NCBI RefSeq assembly: GCF_009914755.1
Contig: NC_060941.1
Direction: 5' to 3' (one strand)
Length of the DNA stretch: 64,000 bases
DNA from: the human T2T-CHM13v2.0 reference genome, Homo sapiens
Position 1 is the first letter of the stretch, and the number at the start of each line of letters is the position of its first letter. Made by a program: the position numbers and the translations under genes. The notes beneath the pieces were generated by a model. The model was given only the letters and a program-made list of their open reading frames with translations. It made no database searches and was not told where the DNA came from. Positions 49,591 through 64,000 of this stretch are shown piece after piece.

Positions 49591-50203
49591 TCCATGGTAT
49601 AAATGAGGACATTGAGGGAGATAAGTGACTTGCCCAAGTTACACTGCTAGCAAGTGGTAGAGCCAGAACCCAAACCCAGGTAGTTGAGTCCTAAGTTAGC
49701 TCTGGTAACCACAAGGCTACCCCACAACAATGAATCCAAGAGGGAAGCCATTTCTCCACCCTGCCACACCCAGCCACCATCATTTAACCTTTCTTGGTCC
49801 CAGAATTCCCTAAGTCAGCAGGGCTGCATCACCCCCTAGCATAAACCCACATGTTCCTCTACCTCCTCTGGGAATTTGCACCCAGGGTTAACAGCTTAAG
49901 TTCTGGGCTCAGATGGGTCAGTTCACATTCCAGACCCATCATTTTACTAGCTTTGTGACTTTGGGGCAATTACTTAACCTCAGGAAGCTTTAGTTTCCTT
50001 ATTTGTAAAACAAGACTAGCATCTTTCCTCATGCAATTAAAAAGGTATTATATGATGGAAAATTTCAAACCTACACAAAAGTAAATAAACATAATTAACC
50101 TCTGAGTACCCAATATCCAGCTTCGACACTCACCAACTCATGGTCAGTTTTGTTTCATTCTTACCCACCCACTTCCTCACTTAAAAAAAAAAAAAATCAA
50201 ATT

Positions 50204-54355
<4,152 letters not shown>

Positions 54356-54429
54356 AGGAGGCAGGAGAGAAGAGAGAAGAATTCCACCTGCAGAGGAATA
54401 TGAGCAAGGAACCAAGGCAAGCAAGTGCC

Positions 54430-58000
<3,571 letters not shown>

Positions 58001-58189
58001 TACATATATATATATATATACCCACACACACACACACACACATATGTATATATATGTTTATATATAAAATGATCATACCTCAGAAAATTACCCATTCCTT
58101 AATATCATCCAATATGTAGCCCATATTCAAATTTACCAACTTGTCCTCCAAAATGCTTTTTTTGTATTTGATTTGTTCCAACCAAGATC

Positions 58190-58624
58190 TTTATTTACTT
58201 ATTTATTTTTTGGGACTGGGTCTTGCTTTGTCGCCTAGGCTTCTGGCACAATCACAGCTCACAGCAACCTCAACCTCCAGGCCTCAGCCTCCTGAGTAGC
58301 TGGGACCACAGACGCGTGCCACCATATCCAGCTAATTTATTTATTTATTTATCTATTTATTTTATTATACTTTAAGTTCTAGGGTACATGTGCACAACGT
58401 GCAGGTTTGTTACATATGTATACATGTGCCATGTCGGTGTGCTGCACCCATTAACTCGTCATTTACATTAGGTATATCTTATTTATTTATTTATTTATTT
58501 ATTTTGGTAGAGATAGGCTCTTGCTATGTTGCCTAGGCTGGTCTTGAACTCCTGGGTTCAAGCAATCCTCCTCCCTGGGCCTCCAAAAGTGCTGGGATTA
58601 CAGGCATGAGCCACTGTGCCTAGC
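58190..58624 (-). mobile_element. AluJ hosting an L1PA insertion
   Basis: The two Alu arms flank the L1PA fragment. Confidence 0.82.
58361..58479 (-). mobile_element. 5'-truncated L1PA (L1PA4/5-like) 3' end inserted in the linker of an AluJ
   Basis: tttattatactttaagttctagggtacatgtgcacaacgtgcaggtttgttacatatgtatacatgtgccatg...cattaggtatatct. Confidence 0.9.
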
Positions 58625-59028
58625 TCCAACCAAAATCTAAATACGGTCTGCGCACTGCATTTCGCTATGTCCCTTAAGTCTCATTTAAATCTAGAATAAC
58701 TTTTTCCCCCTTTGCCATTGACTTGGTGAACTGCTAAAGTATTTTAAGTAAATTACAGACATCATGTCCCACCTTCTAGATTTCTCTGATTGCTTCCTCA
58801 TGGTGTTGTTTATCCCGTATTTTCTGTAAACTGGAAATTAGATCTCCAGGCTTGATTAGCTTCAGGTTGACTATGCTGACAAAAACACTTTGTGGGTGAA
58901 GCTTCCTCCAACATATTGCGTTCCCTTGGGGTGTCCCTGATGCCTGAGTTTCACTGTTAGTGATATAATATTGATCAGTTGCTCCCCTTGGCAACAGCCA
59001 ATCCTTCTATCAAGAAATTGCATTTTTT

Positions 59029-59318
59029 GGCTGGGCGAGGTGGCTCATGCCTGTAATCCCAGCACTTTGGGAGGCCAAGGCCAGTGGATCACTTGAGGTC
59101 AGGAGTTTGAGACCACCCTGGCCAACATGGTGAAACCCCATCTCTACCAAAAATCCAAAAATTAGCTGGGTGTGGTGGCATGCACCTGTAGTCCCAGCTA
59201 CTCGGGAGGCTGAGGCAGGAGAATCTCTTAAACCTGGGAGGCAGAGGCTTGCAGTGAGCTGAGATCGTGCCACTGCACTCCAGCCTGGGCGACAGAGTGA
59301 GACTGTCTCTAAAAAAAA
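59029..59318 (+). mobile_element. AluS
   Basis: Sense Alu. Confidence 0.9.
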
Positions 59319-59899
59319 TTAATGAACAGAAGAAAAGTCATATTTTACAGATGAGGAAAACAGAGGCTCTGCCTCATTCAGTCACTCGCCCCAGAAAGCA
59401 GCAAGAGATGGTTAAGACCTAAAGGAAGGCAGTGGCCACAGGAACGGACGGGTTTTCAAAGGAGAATCAGCAGCATCTGCAAACAACTGGCTGTGTTGGG
59501 GAGGGAACCAGAAGCCCTGGCAGAAGCAGAGACTTCCCTCACATCTCGGGTGGGACATGAGGAGACAGAGCAACTTGGGGGGAAGGTAATGAGCTCAGGC
59601 TCCAGGCTTCCCAGATGTCTCCAAGCCGCTCTCTAGGGAAATGGTGTTTATAACATGACAATGTCTATAATTTGGCTTCCGGCATGACTCGATAATTAGC
59701 TTAAGTTATCCCTCATTGGCATTTTATTCAAAGCAAGGACACTCTTCCATTCATTCTGATGAGGCCTGCCTTCTGTGAGTGTTCCAGGGTAAGTGTGAAC
59801 TGAGAGCTGTGCCTCTGTCTCTTTTGACTGAAGTGGGCTGGAGACTGAAGTTGGTGGGGTGGTTGAAGTGTCTGCTCACTGGGCTCAAGTCTGTCTCTG

Positions 59900-62660
<2,761 letters not shown>

Positions 62661-63499
62661 AAGGGGGAAGCAAGGGTAGATCCAGGGTTCCAGGGCAGAT
62701 CACCCAATGGAGCACTCCCCTGACCTAGGAAAGGGGACACTGGACAGCCACAACTTCCGGCAAATGCCCAGGACAGGTGGTTCCTGGTGACCTGCGGCAG
62801 AGCAATTCCAGCAGGGTGAGGAGGAACCACACAGCTAAGTGTGCTGCGCATGTGGAGGCCGCGCTTGGTCTCCTGACTTACGAAGCAGAGCAGAGGGATC
62901 TGGGAGACACAGAGGGTGGTGGCCTGAGCCCATGTGGAGGCTGCCGGGAAGAGCCAGGAGAGGGAGAGAGTGCAGATCAGGATAGAGTCTCCACATGAGG
63001 GAGGAGAGATGGATCCCAGCCAAGGCTTGGCTGCAAAAGCACAGGGTCAGGCTCAAGGCACTGAGGGCCTGGACCAGCGTCAGGGAGCAGGGGGAAAGGA
63101 TCCAGAGACATTTGCGCAGCAGAGATGGCCAGGAAGCTGCTGGAGAGTGGGAGGAGTCAGGCGCAACTCCAAGATTTTGAATCCCAACTCCTGCCAGCGT
63201 CCTGAAGGCCTCTGTCCCCCTCTAAGTCCAGGTTTACCAAAGCCTGCTGCACCCTGGAGTTCTCAGTTCTCTGAGCACGGCCCCATACCTGATTCTAAAT
63301 TCACACCACTGCTTCCTCTGCTTTTGTTGCAAGCCACAATCAGAGGACACTGTTCACTTGCTGATTCCAATGCCCTTTGGCCCCTCTATCCCACAGCCCG
63401 GTGATGTGGCTCCTTCTCCTGCCCTCCACCAGAGCCCCCATCTCAGCAAGGGCTTTGCTTTCTGTCTCAAAGAGAAACACGGTGCTGAGCGGGGGAAGC

Positions 63500-64000
63500 T
63501 GAGCACAAAAGAGTACACATAATACACTCTTAGGAGGTTCTAGAAGCAGTGACACCCACCTACTGTGACCTACAGTGATAGAAATCAGATCAGTGCTGTC
63601 TGGGGCCAAGGGACTGATTGCAATGGGATAGGAAGAAACTTTCCAAAGAGATGGAAATGTTCTATATCTCTAAGGGGTGGTGGTTACACAGCTGTCTACA
63701 CTGGTCAAACGACATCACCTGTACATTGAAAACGTGTGCATTTTATTATATGTAAATTATACCATAATAAAGTTTATTTTATTTAATTTTAATTCTTTTT
63801 TGAGACAGAGTTTCACTCTTATTGCCCAGGCTGGAGTGCAATGGCATGATCTCAGCTCATTGAAACCTCTGCCTCCCGGGTTCGAATGATTCTCCTGCCT
63901 CAGCCTCCCGAGTAGCTGGGATTACAGGTGCACGCCACCACACCCAGCTAATTTTTGTATTTTTAGTAGACGTGGGGTTTCATCATATTGGTCAGGCTGG
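63500..64000. mobile_element. L1MC/ME 3' end (+, ~63500-63772) followed by an antisense Alu running off the window
   Basis: gatagaaatcagatcagtg...gatggaaatgttctatatct...tatgtaaattataccataataaag, then Alu sequence. Confidence 0.8.

Overview
This is human (hominid) genomic DNA. It contains one protein-coding gene, the intronless EPOP (C17orf96; Elongin BC- and PRC2-associated protein, 379 aa, minus strand 43565->42426). EPOP sits in a CpG island with a CCAAT/CRE/E-box promoter at about 44.0-44.3 kb and a 3'UTR of up to about 1.65 kb. From recall of the EPOP locus this is chr17q12, between SRCIN1 and MLLT6, but neither neighbour is recognisable in the window. The rest is very repeat-dense: the 3' part of an SVA (1-1380), dozens of Alus (many nested), a long decayed L1 ORF2/3'UTR fragmented by Alus (about 6.1-14.2 kb), and further L1M, L2, MIR, MLT1 LTR and hAT/Tigger DNA-transposon relics. 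Almost all ORFs in the supplied track are repeat or GC-content artefacts. I found no convincing new multi-gene system. The most interesting leads are: (1) a single upstream ATG that opens a 130-codon ORF overlapping the EPOP start; (2) tandem polyadenylation signals in the EPOP 3'UTR; (3) a 35-nt tailless U2 snRNA retro-insertion inside a MER1B, plus a similar tailless L1 snippet; (4) three fold-back/templated insertion scars; (5) an Alu-free, motif-dense island at about 26.1-27.0 kb that may be an enhancer or promoter. Repeat subfamily names and boundaries are from visual recognition and are approximate.
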